In this document: positions 11,852 through 25,035 of the stretch, piece after piece | Position numbering within the stretch: the first letter of the stretch is position 1 | Layout: each line of letters starts with the position of its first letter | NCBI GenBank assembly: GCA_965655095.1 | Contig: OZ296652.1 | Span: 108,004,001-108,068,000 of the forward strand | DNA: 64,000 nt | Direction: 5' to 3' | Source of the DNA: Haplodiscus bocki | Lineage: Eukaryota | Made by a program: the position numbers and the translations under genes | Notes under the pieces: model-generated | Database searches by the model: none | Seen by the model: only the letters and a program-made list of their open reading frames with translations | Told to the model about the DNA's origin: nothing

Positions 11852-13909
11852 GACTTGCCCACATTAAAATGTGCCAGTTTTTTCCAAATCATTTTTGAAA
11901 ATAATTTCTGGATATCAAAACAGCAATCGGCAGTGATAAAACTTTTCGTGATTTTTCAAAAACGCCAAAATCAAGTATTTCTTCGGAGAAGCGAACACCA
12001 AAAAAAACTTTCATACCATCTTAACCGCTGAGTGAGCCAAAAACATCCGAAAAAGCAAACATCAAAATAACCCCTTCGTCAAAAACAAAGTCGAAATATC
12101 TCTAATTCTGATTTCCCGAACACAGTTTAAAGTTACAAAAAGTCCTCCAAGAACATGGTTCAGACAACACAAAAAACAAAAAAAACCTTGGTAGATTTTT
12201 GAAAGCGAAAACTTTCAAAACAGCAAAAGTCTCCTCTAGGAGCAGTTTGGACATCTCAGGCTGAACAAACATAGGATTTTTACATTGTAATGCCCGCATG
12301 AAGAAAGTTTCAACTGATTACTTATGATGAAAAATAGTTTCATGCCTATGAATTTTTGAAGTTATCAATGCACCAAGATCTGCATGCAAGCAAGACACAC
12401 ATACGAGTGTAACTGTCATTATGTACTTTTAATTCTTTCTTTCAGTAATGATTGCAACTTAAGTCTTGTTTATAACACGTTTTGTTAAGAACATCAGGTC
12501 ATTTTTATCGTTATAACACTGTACAATGCAAAATCACCAGGAAGGTAGAGAAGTCCTTGAATCCGACTGATTTTCACCGGTTTAAAAAACAATATTCGGA
12601 CACATGAAAACACTGGTAGGCTCCTTTCAGAAAACTACTCTAATACAAATGCCTTCTGTAACGACTCACAGCACTAACAACATTACGGCTTTAACATTTG
12701 AGCAAGTTTTTACACTACATCAGGAAACACCGAACTCATATTTCTCTGACATACTTTGTTTCGCTGAGTACAAAACAGAACATAGGAAGGAATATCAGTT
12801 TCCCTCGGAAGCCGATGGAACAGCCGAATTGACTCAAACTCAAAACACTCAACATATGTTTCTGTCCATTTGTAAAACTCTCTCATTTGACTGATAGAAC
12901 CTAATTACAGAATCATCAGTTTTAACCCGTTCGGATGCGATAACGATCCCTCCTTTGTTTGGTTGATTAAGCTCAAGTTGGAATAAATCCGTTTTCATCC
13001 TTTTGCGGAACTCAATTCTCAATTAAAACGACACCGGTTTTCATCTACATGGATGAAAAGCGAAGCGTATCATAGCCTGATGCTTACATATATTTGACTT
13101 ACTTCTATTTCCATCCATTTTGGGTGAGCGATGTCCATAACCTTTGATGCTAGAGAATATTATAATCAAACTACACCACTTGGACGGAAAACCTGGCTGA
13201 AAGACTTCACATGCTAAAAAGAATATTCTTTTATCCTTTGATAAAATCACTGACACACTATCATATGTTTAAATGCCCCAATTAAAGGCATGGATTTAGT
13301 TATTAAACTTCATGAAAGATAAGAGCGCCACATTTATTGATTAATAAAAGTTGCAGGCAGTGTAAAAAGAATTCAGCATATCATTTGAATGCACCGTAAA
13401 AAGAAACTAGCACTACTAGCGGCAGGTTTGAGCTTGCACTCAGTTGTCTCATTAACGCAGTTACTACGAATCAAAGCAAGTCCGACTATGTTAAGAACTG
13501 CATCTCACCATCGGTCACGTGTGAACTCAAAGCCGTCTAATTTCATCAAATTTCTACCTATTTTCAACCCTTGTATCATTTGATTTTTTTGTAAATTTCA
13601 AGTGTAATTTTTCTGTCTTCAATATTTCTACATTCTCAAAAATCTCAAATGAATTCCAGTCTTCATAAATTGTTTGTTTGAGTCTTTTTGGCATGTTCCG
13701 CCGCACTCTTAGACCCGGTAAAACCTGCGTTAGTGGATAGAAGAGGCTAAAATGTTAGGCTGCTGACTATCCAAAAAAATGCTGTGCCACTCTGCTTCTA
13801 TCTAGAAGTAACCTCACAGCAGAAAGTTTTCATCATAAATCTTTCGTCGGGTAATCCGCAAAGAAAATTAGGTACTAGAGGAACTTGGAAAAAAGTTGAT
13901 CAGACATTT

Positions 13910-14077
13910 CCTTGGAAGTTTCTCGAATGTTTTTGCAAGATTTTTGCACGGATCTTGCAAGACTTTTCTGTACTTACAAGAGAACTCCGTTGTTCTTTCA
14001 AGATTCTTGCAAGATTTCTCTGATAAGAACAAATTTTTCAAGATTTTTGCAAGAAACCTCAGAAGGATTATCTAGAG
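13910..14077. repeat. Array of CAAGATT(C/T)TTG motifs, probable MITE remnant
   Basis: Repeated ttgcaagatttttg / caagattcttgcaaga motifs; termini degraded. Confidence 0.6.
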
Positions 14078-14522
14078 TAACGAAGATACGAAAGCTAAAA
14101 GTAGCAACGCCACTGAAGCCACGCTAGAAAACGAAGAATCGGACAATGACTGATTGACTGACAACCAAGTTCAAGAAAAAGTTGAAACAGTTCCATTGAC
14201 GCAACAGTCATTGTTGACCTAACTAAACTTACTAAACAACTCACTTCACAATCAACCTGTCAGCAACCTACATCAACAGCAAGCTCTAGCATTTCGATTT
14301 ACAAGCAGTAACCTCGTCCGACATCCGCCTCCGTTATGTTTGGTAATTATTTATGTAATCCCAGAAAACAGCATCGAATTAGTTTTGAGCGATGGTGTAT
14401 TTTGAAAGTTTTTCGCCATAAACTTTGCGACAAGTTTGGTTTCTGACCAATTTCCTTTTCCTCCGTTTCATTTTTGACAATTTGATTGCAATTAATTGCT
14501 TTTGGCGAGTTGCATGTAACTG

Positions 14523-14848
14523 GTTTTCCACAAATAACTTCGTGTATTTTCGCGAACAAGGTCTATATTTTGATAATTTCAAATGTGTGGTTTATTTAAA
14601 TAGGCATAAGAAAAAACCGTCATTTATAATTTTTACGAATAAAATCCAAACTATGACGCAATACATGCCTTTCAAATGCAAGAACACTCTTGCATTTGAA
14701 AGGCATGTATTGCGTCATAGTTTGGATTTTATTCGTAAAAATTATAAATGACGGTTTTTTCTTATGCCTATTCAAATGAACCACACAGTTGAAATTATCA
14801 AAATATAGACCTTGTTCGCGAAAATACACGAAGTTATTTGTGGAAAAC
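14523..14848. repeat. 326-bp near-perfect palindrome (161-bp arms, 4-nt loop ACAC)
   Basis: Left arm 14523-14683 is the reverse complement of 14688-14848 with 3 mismatches; the ORFs on both strands are near-identical. Confidence 0.97.
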
Positions 14849-17800
14849 GTTGTTTTTCGTTTATTTGATTTATCTGGCCATATTTTGTAGAAGATCGGTG
14901 GAAATTTAGTTTTTAGCGTTTGAGTAGATTTAGTCAGTCCACGCGGTGAAACAACAGCATGTTTTATACAGTAATTAAAACCTTCAGGAGCGTGTAGCAT
15001 AAGCTTATGGGTTGCGATAGTTTGGCAAATCAGACGAAAAATTTCCCGTTACTCCTAAAGCACAAAACAGAAAACTGGGATCAAAATTGCAAATGATTCT
15101 GGGTGATGAAGATTTTCTTGACTTTTGATGGTTACCATGGTTACCATTGCCGTTTCAAGGCTAGTCTACGTATTTTTGTTCAACTTTTGTAGTTCCAGAT
15201 TTAACGTGAAATAATTCTAGTTAATTATATATTCAAGGCTGTTACTGAAAGTTTCTCCGCTCAATTTTAGCCTTTTTTGTCATGTGTCACTGCAGCATGA
15301 TTTGTCGGTGCAGCTAAAATCCAAATTAAAACACCCAAATTTTTACACAACAACATCCCAAGTTTGCCAATCCCTTCACTCCCAGATAACTTTTTAGCGG
15401 GCATACACTCGCTAGCAGTTCCACTGTTTGAGCTATTCTTCGATCGTGAGTGCTTTCGATCGGAGAGCATAAGGGGACTTATTGAGGAAACCCGGTTGCA
15501 TTCATTTCTTCTCAATCAGGCAAGATTTTTTTTGATATTCTGTCGGAAATGTTAGGTTTCAGAAGATGCCTGTGCAGTGTGGCGCCAATGAACCCAGGCA
15601 TGTTTCTGTAGGCCGCCAGCGATACTCATTGCCTCTCACAAATCGTGTTTTATAACAACAGAAGACCGCAAGAAGCCCGAAAGAAGATCGACAAATCGTT
15701 AAAATCGAAAATATTGGAGACTGAGGATTGAACAAAGGAAAAACTTTTTGTGTAGATTCATTGAAACGCATCATAAACCTTCTCAAAACCTCCTCATGAG
15801 CATTTTAAGATAAAAGCTACTGAAAAACTCCGCGAAATTTTTTGGAAAAATCAGTTGGAGTGTTTTTCCTGCCCAAAAAGGTGAATTTCAACTTTATGCC
15901 TACTTTCACATCTTGCAATGTTCTGGATTTCTGGATAGAGCGACGTCCCCTTAACTTAACCTGCAACCCTAAGAAAAGTCAACTGTCTAAACGCAGCTCA
16001 AAGGATGCTTTCAGGCTTCCCCTAGGGTGCAAAAACGACCCAAACAAACTCCTATGGAGTTTTTTGCGGACAAAAAATGCGAAGAAAAAAGACCAATAAT
16101 CAGAAAGCGGATCCTTCAAAGCCTCGTGGGCGTTTTAGCGTTTGACCAAACAGCACTTTTTTGAAAGTTTCAGCCGTATTGAAATATTCCTCGAGAGGAT
16201 GTAGACAAAAAACGTATAAGGGGACTCAAATTTGACAGTTACTGCAGTTAAAATGACTCAAGATTTCCAATTCTGCGATCGGATTTGGAATCCGTCCAAT
16301 TTTTGGAGCTAGTAGGCCCGGTTTTGGCCTATTTGGGCGTTAACTCGACTAATTCGTTTCAAAGACGATGCATTCAAAAAGCTTGAAGTTTGAGTTATAT
16401 TGTAAGATTATGTAATTCAATGATGCCCAGTGCGACATCTTCTGGCCGTAGCAGCAACACCAGTGTCCTGGATTGGCGTTTCGCTACCTGCATTTGGAAT
16501 ACCGAGTGATTTCAAACTCAATTTGACAAGATTTTCCTGACCAACAGTCGCAAAATTCCGCAAAAGGTCTTTTTCGATGTATACATCCGAAAACATTGTT
16601 TCTTGGACCAGAAAAAACATACAGGGGTGAACAGCAAGGAACATCAATGGGCCCACTCTGCGTTTGTGCAGTGGTTGATGTTTAATTCAATCGGGTCAAT
16701 ATTGACTGATCCGAACCCGATTCTCAATGGAACCTGCTACATCATCAAGTTAAAGTCCTAAAACGTGTGCACTCAATTGAGGAAAAACTCTAGGCCCCCG
16801 GGAACTCGGCAACTTTTTTGTTGCAATTCGACAAACAGTTGAGACGTTTTTTTGACATTTCCCAGTCTCAAAACTACGTGCAGAAGAATTTTTTTATCCA
16901 AAACTTCAGTTTGGGCTGGCCAATCCTCAGAAGTTTTGAAAGAAGTTAAATCGAAGAGCAAGTCTTTCACCCGTTGCACCGTGGACAATGGCCAGTTCAT
17001 ATCGCTCAACAAAGCATCTTCACAAACTTGTGGGACAAATCTGGACACGTTTGGACTATTATATTTGACTTCGTGACAGCCATACATGAAAAAAAAACAG
17101 AAGAACTCGACTGAGGTTCAAATTTTAGAGCCTCGCTAATTATGAGATTAGATCGCGCATTCTTTAACTGCCTACCTAACTTTGAGCTTTGTACATCTTA
17201 TTTGGAATGAGTTTTTTGAGAAACCGATCAGTACAAATATTTTACCAGAGCTGAAATAATGAGCCCAATGTTTGGGAAAAGAGGCAAGACATTGGTTTTT
17301 GAACAGAATTCGAGAAGATCCAATTCGGTTCCTAGAGTCCTAAGTAGGCAATTTTTGTCTTCTGGGTTCAATGCAACAAGGACAAAGCGCAACAAGGACA
17401 AAACAAGGAGCAACAATGAGCAACCCGGCTGATCAGAAGTTGACACTGAATAAAAATGTTTTCTCGAGCCTGAAGGTGCCGTCTCAGAAAAAAAATTCAA
17501 TTTTTATGGAATGAAATTCATCATAAAAGCGTTGAAGAATTCCGGCACAACACAACACTCTGGTCAGCCAATAGGAGATTCAGACAAACCACGCTAAAAA
17601 ATAGAGTATCTGAAGTGCGTGGAATTCATTATTTTTCCCGGGAAACAACGGAAAAAACTGCTTGTGGCGTTCTGCAGCTTTGATGTTCTGTTTCTACATG
17701 TGCTTCTCTCTTTGTATCTGGGCGGGCCAACAATGCGCAGTAACCAAAGCTGAGACCTAAAGCACCGATTATTTAATTTTGAGTTGTCACAAGAGAGCTC

Positions 17801-18119
17801 AGAAACAAAAATCGAGAAATAAAACCGAAAAGAACGTTAATGATTCTGGCTATGCTGACTCAGTTTATGGGAACGAAAGAAAAGTTCCTATTTGCGAAAA
17901 AAGTTCCTATTTTCGGGTGGGAAGGGGACTCTGAAAAAAAGCAGAGGTTGAGAGCTCATCAAGTTGATATAATTGTTTGTGGTTTCAAAGCCCGAATGGT
18001 CAGAAAATGCAAGTTCAAAATTGTTTGATGTTCCTTGAACCGAGAAACTCCCAGTCCTTTAGAAAAATCTGCGCACCTCTTTTCCGCAAACCACACGTCC
18101 CAAGTGGACACCAACGATA

Positions 18120-19511
18120 GATTTTAACAGCCACGACCAACAGAGAAGGAAAAGACTCTAGCAGAAATTACGTAAGAACATCAACAAACCGAGGTCGAAG
18201 ATCAAGAACACCCTGTCATCGACATAGCACAACGCCTCAGTTAAATTATTCAGAAGAGGTTCCCAATCAACAGGCAGTCTAGTGGCAGCACCAAACCATG
18301 ACAACCAACGTAGCTTGGATAAATGAAAAATGCAGCGAGACGAAAACTGCAAAAGCAAGTTGTTTTGGTGCCCAAACATAGAACAAAGACAAATTTCTAG
18401 AAATTGATATTGTTTAGAGGAAACCACAATCAATAGCAGCAACCAAGCATGCTCAAACCGATTAAAGCAGGAATTGAACCAACGAAACAATCTTTTGCGT
18501 GGAGGAAAGGGCGATTGACAAAACAGACATCAACACGAAATTGGGAATTTTCGCGAAGATTTGAAAACTTTAGCGTATGAGACTAATGAAAAAATTCAAG
18601 CAACGCACTGTGGAACCCTGATCATTAAGCAACAAATTTCTGTTGCAAGACATTGTGAAAATTGTAGAAATCAGCATAGCAAACTTGAAAATTTCATCTG
18701 ATGATCAGATGAAAGAAGATTTGGAAGGCATCAAATCCATACAAAACGACCAAATTCGCAGTGCACAGCCTGCAAAAGCATGCAGGCGCAAGGAGCAGAG
18801 TTCCAAGTAACGAGAAGTTCAAAAAACGGAGAGAAACGGCGCTGTGACTCGGGTTGCTTCCACTTTGTCAACCAGCAACTTCAGCAGTTCGGCTATAACC
18901 GGATACATTGTCAAAGTGACTTAGGAGGGAGGCAAACTCAAGCCTACGCTACGGCGTAAAAACACAAAAAGAACAAAACCTGGCAGTGGTTGTCGCCAAT
19001 CTGTACTCTCAAGCACAACAAATTTGAAAAAAAATGGGGAGGCACAGAAATTAACAGCTAAACATTGAAAAGCCTGAAGTCAAGAAGAAACCCCACACCA
19101 TTTTCGTATTTTTCTTGCACCAACCTTCCGAAGCTGATGATAGACTTACCCTCCGAAACGATCATCAATAGCTCAGTCCCACTGGTGGAAGGAATCGAAA
19201 TGAAAATCGGATTCAAGGCTTTCAAGGAAATTTGTGGTGGATTTTTAGTAGGACGGATCGCAATAGCGAAGCACGTAGTATTAGATTCTCGACCGTGATG
19301 CAGAAGCTATCTGAAGGTGTGGTTTGTGATCCGCTATTTGAAAACCGAAGGAGACGGAAATTGGCAAAAAAACTACGAGCCGGAAATAAGTGAACAAAAG
19401 AAAAACACTCGACTTGCGGAGCAGAAACCACGAAGGTCAAATATGCAGTTTTTAGACGAAGTGGAATATCTGAGAAAAAAGGGGATGCGTGGAAAGGATG
19501 CAAGAGCTTAG
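18120..19511 (+). pseudogene. Decayed retrotransposon gag-like ORF
   Basis: Low-complexity/coiled-coil-like N-terminal region, then SVPLVEG...GFKAF and NWQKNYEPEISEQ...EQKPRRSNMQFLDEVEYLRKKG, resembling the retrotransposon gag major-homology region. Several stops. Confidence 0.45.
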
Positions 19512-19529
19512 GGCCTATGATATGATCCA

Positions 19530-22500
19530 ATACTACTGGTAAAAAAGTGAGCTGATCAAGTGTGTACGTGGTGGTTGGCAGTTGGCTGTTCAAAGACCAT
19601 TTATGGTTTCAATTGAGCCACAAGCTTCCTGAACAATATGGTTTTCTTGAGTGGAAGATCTTTTTCGGGTTCTATGTTAATACGTGACTGCAATGTTTCC
19701 AGGACAGGGTTTGGAAAAAATCTTCGGCAGTCTCATTTGTTCGCGGATAAGTTTTGGCAATGTCTTGAGATAGTGTCCGTTTTTGAAACTGGGAGAAAGT
19801 GTTCCGTATGAGAAAAAATTACGACTTTTTTCCAGCGTTTAAATACATGAAATTAAGTATCAGGAGTCATTTTCGCCAGTTTAAGACTTCCAAAAACTTG
19901 CAATGGGATGACTTGAAACAAAAATGTTGGGAAATGATCATGCTACTATTATTTGAGCAGAGTCATTAAAAAAATATTTACTTGAGAACAAAAATGTATC
20001 TTGTAAAAATTCTTCTTCTAGACTGAATATCTGAAGAGACCTAAATATCTGCTAGTCAACATTAAAAGCTTGGAGTATTTTTCAGTTTTTCTAGCAAATG
20101 AACTTGGTAACGGGCTTCACGTTGAGTTCCATACAGTAACAGTTTGTGCTCCTTGATTGACTGAGTAGTCAAACTCTTGTTTTATACAGAAGCAGGAACG
20201 GAAACAATCAACTCCATATCTAAACCAATAACAACTGATGGCAGTACTAAAAGTTTTCTTTACCTGAATACCCTACTCGGATACCAAGAAGTTTTGTCTA
20301 TGTTGAATTTTTCGGAGAAAGCAACTGAAACATAATGTGAGATTTTGCTACATACTGCTCAATTCTTTGCTGGCTTACTTGGTGCAGCTTTTTTTCCTCT
20401 AGAACAGAATTCGAACAACCTTTATGGGAATGACTGAATGATTGGATTTTTGCATTTGTAGGAAAACAATTGGATGACTCATAAGGTAGGCAAATTCTGT
20501 GCGTTCACCTTTAAAAGGTTTTATTTGCTTCAACCCATCGGGAATGTTTTTTGTTGTGCGGATGAATCTGGTGTTTGTACAGTAACGTACTGGATCCTCT
20601 GTTAATGGCGACAAAGAAGTCAACCAATCTTGACCGTCGAGAACGCACCATGTGTCCGTATACCTGTCAATTCCCTGTAGTCAGAGACCTAACATCGTAT
20701 TTAGGGTAGAGCCCTGCACCATATCTCGCGGATGTAAAAGAAGAATAATGTCTTTGCTTTGCAGGTCAAAACATTCAAATTCCGTTTGAAATAACATCGT
20801 GAAGTAGTAGCGAGCGTTGATTAAAAAGCATTTTGCAGTTTCCTAAGAAGAAGTGATGGTGTTAACCAAATGCAAATTAGTTGGAACAATCCCGTCTCAA
20901 ATAGTCCAAACAGTGGTGGAAGAAAGCCAATACTTCTAGAAACGACCGAACTGAAAATTTAGTGGAAGCAACTCAACCATGCTGCCTTACTAAAAATACC
21001 TAGTAATACAGTTGCTCCGTCAGATTTTTTGACAAATGAATCCTCCAAAACACCTGAATAAAACAACAGAAATGCAAAGAAAGTGGGTCAAGAAATGAAT
21101 GGAAATCGGAGAATGAATTTGTCTTGGGCAGGATCCCAATTTATAGCTTAACAGATGTCGTCAGAGAAATTATTGGCTAGATCAAAATTTTGATCTTGAT
21201 CAAGCTTCTAGCTTGCACACTCAATTTCACAACGAAGAAACTGAGGAAATTTCGATATGAAACAATAGCTACTTTTTAGTAGCAACAGAAAACACAATTA
21301 ACCAATCAAAATTTACAAACTGGAGTGATGCATCATACATTTACCAAAAACTTTTTTCTTCTCAAAAGCATCTATTGCAATGAAAGAAATTCTTCATCAG
21401 AAGTCACCAAAATTGATAATGCAAGATATGAGCGTTTTACGTAAGGACAAAAGAATAGGCCAACAATGCCACTGCCTTGATTTTAGATCTCATCGAAGCT
21501 TGTAAGAAAAACCAATCACTGTGCTAGTATGCATTGCGTGTAGTACAAACTTCTTTCATCCACAAAACGCAAAATCCAGATACGAGTCTTCGTAACCAGT
21601 GATTGAGCCAGATAGGAAGTTTTGGCCTAAATCACGAGAAGAAAATATATTGTTCTGAAGGCAACATGGGCGTAGATTAGGGCTGTATTTTGGGAACAAT
21701 GTTCCAGCTGAATGATAATTTTAGTCTCAAAAAGTCTCGGAAAGGTCTCAATTGAGTCAGAACGTACAATTTCGTTGAAAACTTTTTCAATAGTGGAAGT
21801 TCTTTCAGCTAGTGCAAAACAAAGCGTAATATTTATGTCAGCTGTAACTGGAGAGAAATAGTCGTTTTAATGAAAACTAATATTCCATCGATTTCAACTC
21901 GATTCCATAATCATCAGGACTGTCTTGTTTGAAAGACTGCATACGAGCCTACAAAATCACATGTGCCACTATTCCAGGTTCACAAAAATTCTTCTCCTAC
22001 CTTTGAATATTGTCAGTGTAGTCATGTATTTTCAACTTTGGGATCATTGCTTTTCACCTTGATTGAGCATTGTTTTTCGGACTATCTTTTTTGAGTTGTT
22101 AGTACAACAAAAAAAGGCTCCTTACTTTTACCAAGTTTAACGAAGAAGTCCTTGAGAACAAGAACACACTGAATGGTGAAATATGAGTCGCAACAGTGTC
22201 TTACAAACATTTTTTTAGTGTCTCATTTCTACGTTGTCAGCTGGTTTGAGTTTTTCCTCCAAAGATTTCGACATGTTATCGTTAACACAGGAAACAAAAT
22301 TTGCAATCAAAAGCGACAAGGGTCTCAAGTGCAGCTACTAGCGAGTTCCCGGCCGCAGCAAGTGATTGAAATCTATCTCGCCCCGATGCAGAAAAATTGC
22401 ACCAGTCGAACGTAACTATCGGAGACTTTTCTCAAAAACTTTAAGTTTAATGCCTCAACGTTCGCAACTATTTCCGACCATCAAAGTCCAAATAAAATTT

Positions 22501-22605
22501 GGTTTTCTATGAAATCCGCGTACTGGGTACGCTTTTGTTTATCAAAGGAATAAGTCGTGGGGTTTGCCATGGATTTGAGTAGACCTGTAGCTGATAGATC
22601 TGAAA
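19530..22605 (-). mobile_element. Decayed Polinton/Maverick fragment C (pPolB remnant, ATPase, accessory ORF, integrase remnant)
   Basis: The minus-strand MELIVSVPASV*/NKSLTTQSIKEHKL (20219 down) is homologous to the + strand ORF at ~41320 (YNKSFFMRSNTTRKLPKH). ATPase motifs lie upstream, and integrase C-terminal-like DLPLKK...PTTTYTLDQ lies at ~19550-19660. Confidence 0.6.
20399..21000 (-). pseudogene. Polinton packaging ATPase (A32/FtsK-like), C-terminal half, decayed
   Basis: DLQSKDIILLLHPRDMVQGSTLNTMLGL followed by LTSLSPLTEDPVRYCTNT, matching the A32-family 'LQN.HIVLFK.PRD..Q...L..QL' and 'LIDLSP.T.D.LRY.TN' motifs. Walker A not recognisable. Confidence 0.65.
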
Positions 22606-22860
22606 TGTTGCCGGGCAATTGTGGTGACGTCATCACCGTCGACCGAGAAAAACTATAATCGAGAACCCAGAATATGGTTGAACATTCATTACCGTACAAC
22701 GAACTCTGAAACAAACTACATTCTTCGACCGAACAACGGTGACTTAAACGACGTAAGCTGATTGGAATTCCATTCTATCGAAGCATTATACAAAAACACT
22801 ATTATAACGTAACGGAATAGAATATGAACGGGTGTCTAGATTTGATTTACTTCCTTAACA
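22606..22860 (+). mobile_element. 5' LTR of Ty3/Gypsy element (255 bp)
   Basis: TGTTG...TAACA termini, ~240 bp upstream of gag. It interrupts the minus-strand pPolB-like remnant. PBS not recognisable. Confidence 0.55.
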
Positions 22861-23099
22861 TTATTTTCCAGTATCTTAGAGAGACCTGATTGCAACTAAT
22901 AAGATCCTAACTTAAAGAGGAGAAAGTATGAGAAACGAACTTTTTCAAAGAAAGAACGTTGCGATAAATGGTGTCCAGGCCGATGCATTGCAACAATATT
23001 TTCAAAAAAGCAATCCAAAATTGTCACTAACGGCCAAATTCTTTTCTCACATTTCAAGTAGCTCTGAAATTTTCCCTGAAAATTTTCCCATTACAGTCG

Positions 23100-23960
23100 C
23101 ATTGTGCCAACATTGCTGTCAGCGGACAAAATACTATTGACTCTCCAGGAGCCGCAAATTGCTTTGGCACAGGTAGACGCATTCAAAGCCCGCTGCAGAG
23201 CCGAAAAAATAATAGACCTGGAAGCTAACGCAGGAACCTCGGCTGACTTGCAAGTGCCCAATCTTTTTTTTATTCCGTTGAGTTGTCGAAAACTTGATGA
23301 AAATGCAATCGCCTGTTGCACCGACAGAAGTGGAAACAATACCGGTCACAGCTATTGAGACCCTCTTGAAGAAGTATTTGCAGCCCGGCAAACGACTAGT
23401 TATTGCCGAACAGAAATAATTCGTGGCGATTTCACAAAAGAACAGAGAGTCCTCAGGTGAATTCTTGGCCGAACTCCGAGAAACAGTACGATTTTGCGAG
23501 TTTGGCAAATTGAAAGCAGTGGCTGATCCGAAAGCATACTTGATCCAAAAGTGGTTAATTGCCGGATTACAAAACAACGAACACAAAAAGAAAGTTCTGC
23601 AATACCTCCGAAATAAACCCGGAACAACTAATGATGACATCTTACTGGTTATCCAACAGCTCGAAGAAACCGTTTAGTTCGTGACCTACGAATCCCAAAC
23701 GACCACAAGAGTGTCTGTTGTCCGGAATGGTAGCCGACAGAAAAAAAATGACTGGACTGGTAAGAAAACACACAATACCCAAATTTCTTTGAACGTTTGT
23801 CCAAAGTGTGGTACAAAACATGAACCGAAATCATGCCCGGCTATTGGTAAGAAGCGTGACAGCTGCAAAAAACCCAATCTTTTTGAAAAAAAGTGCCGTC
23901 AAAAGAAACAGTCAACTAACTTTGTGGAGATTCGGTCGGAAGCTGATAAAATTGAAAAAA
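23100..23960 (+). pseudogene. gag: Ty3/Gypsy Gag (Mag/K02A2.6-like) with two zinc knuckles
   Basis: KRLVIAEQK*FVAISQKNRESSGEFLAELRETVRFCEF and CPKCGTKHEPKSCPAIGKKRDSCKKPNLFEKKC; internal stops and frameshifts. Confidence 0.9.
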
Positions 23961-23999
23961 GTCCGTCCGATTGTTCCTTTTTAATTGGATGTTTTCATT

Positions 24000-24775
24000 A
24001 CATCAAGAATGGTTCAATTGGAAAAATTCAAAAATGTGGATGAGAAGTATCGATAAATGTGGGATACCGGAGCGTCGCTGATATTGATTTCCACTGAAAT
24101 TTGGCAATAGAAAGCTGAACCAAAGCTAAAAGAAGTGGCATTCCGAATTGAAACATATGACCGTCACAAGATGCATTATCTTGGTGTTTTTTTCTAAGGT
24201 GCTTAACGAACACAAATTGATTCATGCTAAAATTACAGTTGTTGCAGTGGATAGAAACTTCGGTTTGTTGGGCCGTGATGTAATGAAATCTGTGAAAAAG
24301 TCTGTTGACCGGTGTTTCCGTACCGCAAAAACTGACAAGTTACCGGCAGTTGAAGGTATTTCGGGATCCATTAAATTGAAACAATATGGTACACTAATGT
24401 TTTGCGGGTCTACAAAAGATCTGTTACCGCTTGAACTGAGAGTGGATCAAACTATTGATAAATTGTTACCTTGGGAAGGAAGCCAGTGGCGTTGGAATTT
24501 GTTCTGTTGTATGGATAAAAAGTGAGAAACTCAGAATAGCGCCGATTACAAAAGACATGTGATGGCTAGAAAAAATGCCAAAGCTTATTCGCTACCGTGC
24601 GTTGAAACTATTTTCTAGAAAGTTTCTGGTGATAAGTATTTCGCGAAAATCGATCTTTCAAATGCTTACTGGCAAATTGCACTGGACAAAAAGTCTCAAT
24701 AGGTTTGTCCCGTGAAAACAACCCGAGGACTTTTCCGAGTTGACCGGCTCTAACAAGGACTGAAAAATGCAGCAC
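24000..24775 (+). pseudogene. pol: Ty3/Gypsy pol 5' part: aspartic protease and truncated reverse transcriptase
   Basis: WDTGASLILIS (DTG at 24063), FGLLGRDV, then RT motifs KYFAKIDLSNAYWQIALD (24640) and RL*QGLKNA (24750). Truncated before YxDD. Confidence 0.9.
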
Positions 24776-24782
24776 GTATCGC

Positions 24783-25035
24783 CGAAGTGTGGTACAAAAC
24801 ATGAATCCAGGTCATATCCGGCGTTTGGTAAAAAAAAGTGACAGCTGCAAAAAACCCAGTCATTTTGCAAAATTGTGTCGTAAAAAGGAACAGTCAACCA
24901 ATTTTGTGAAGATTGGGTCGTAAGCTGATAGGAGTCGACAAGGTGAGTCCAAATATTCCTTTTTTGTTGGTTGTTTTAATTACATCAAGAATGGTACAAT
25001 TGAAGAATTCAAACTTGTGGCCGAGAAGTAGAAGT
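24783..25035 (+). pseudogene. Second, diverged copy of the gag zinc-knuckle to protease-start segment
   Basis: aagtgtggtacaaaacatgaa...gacagctgcaaaaaaccc...ttacatcaagaatggt repeats 23803-24050 with many substitutions. Confidence 0.9.

Noticed and set aside
13013-13149. Candidate - strand micro-exon 13103-13149 (SKVMDIAHPKWMEIE) with GTAAGT donor
   Set aside because: Splicing to the next acceptor (13044) hits a stop after 10 codons; no supporting exons or homology.
14425-15000. Two near-identical ORFs on opposite strands
   Set aside because: A consequence of the palindrome; no coding evidence.
20066-20324. Apparent two-exon host gene on the - strand (exon 20264-20324, 44-bp GT-AG intron, next exon from 20219) with compatible phases
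   Set aside because: The sequence is homologous to the Polinton accessory ORFs at ~41200-41460 and lies directly downstream of the ATPase remnant, so the splice signals are probably fortuitous.
23134-23640. 168-aa minus-strand ORF (also 34571-35032 -)
   Set aside because: Antisense shadows of the + strand gag and PSAP-protein genes; no independent motifs.
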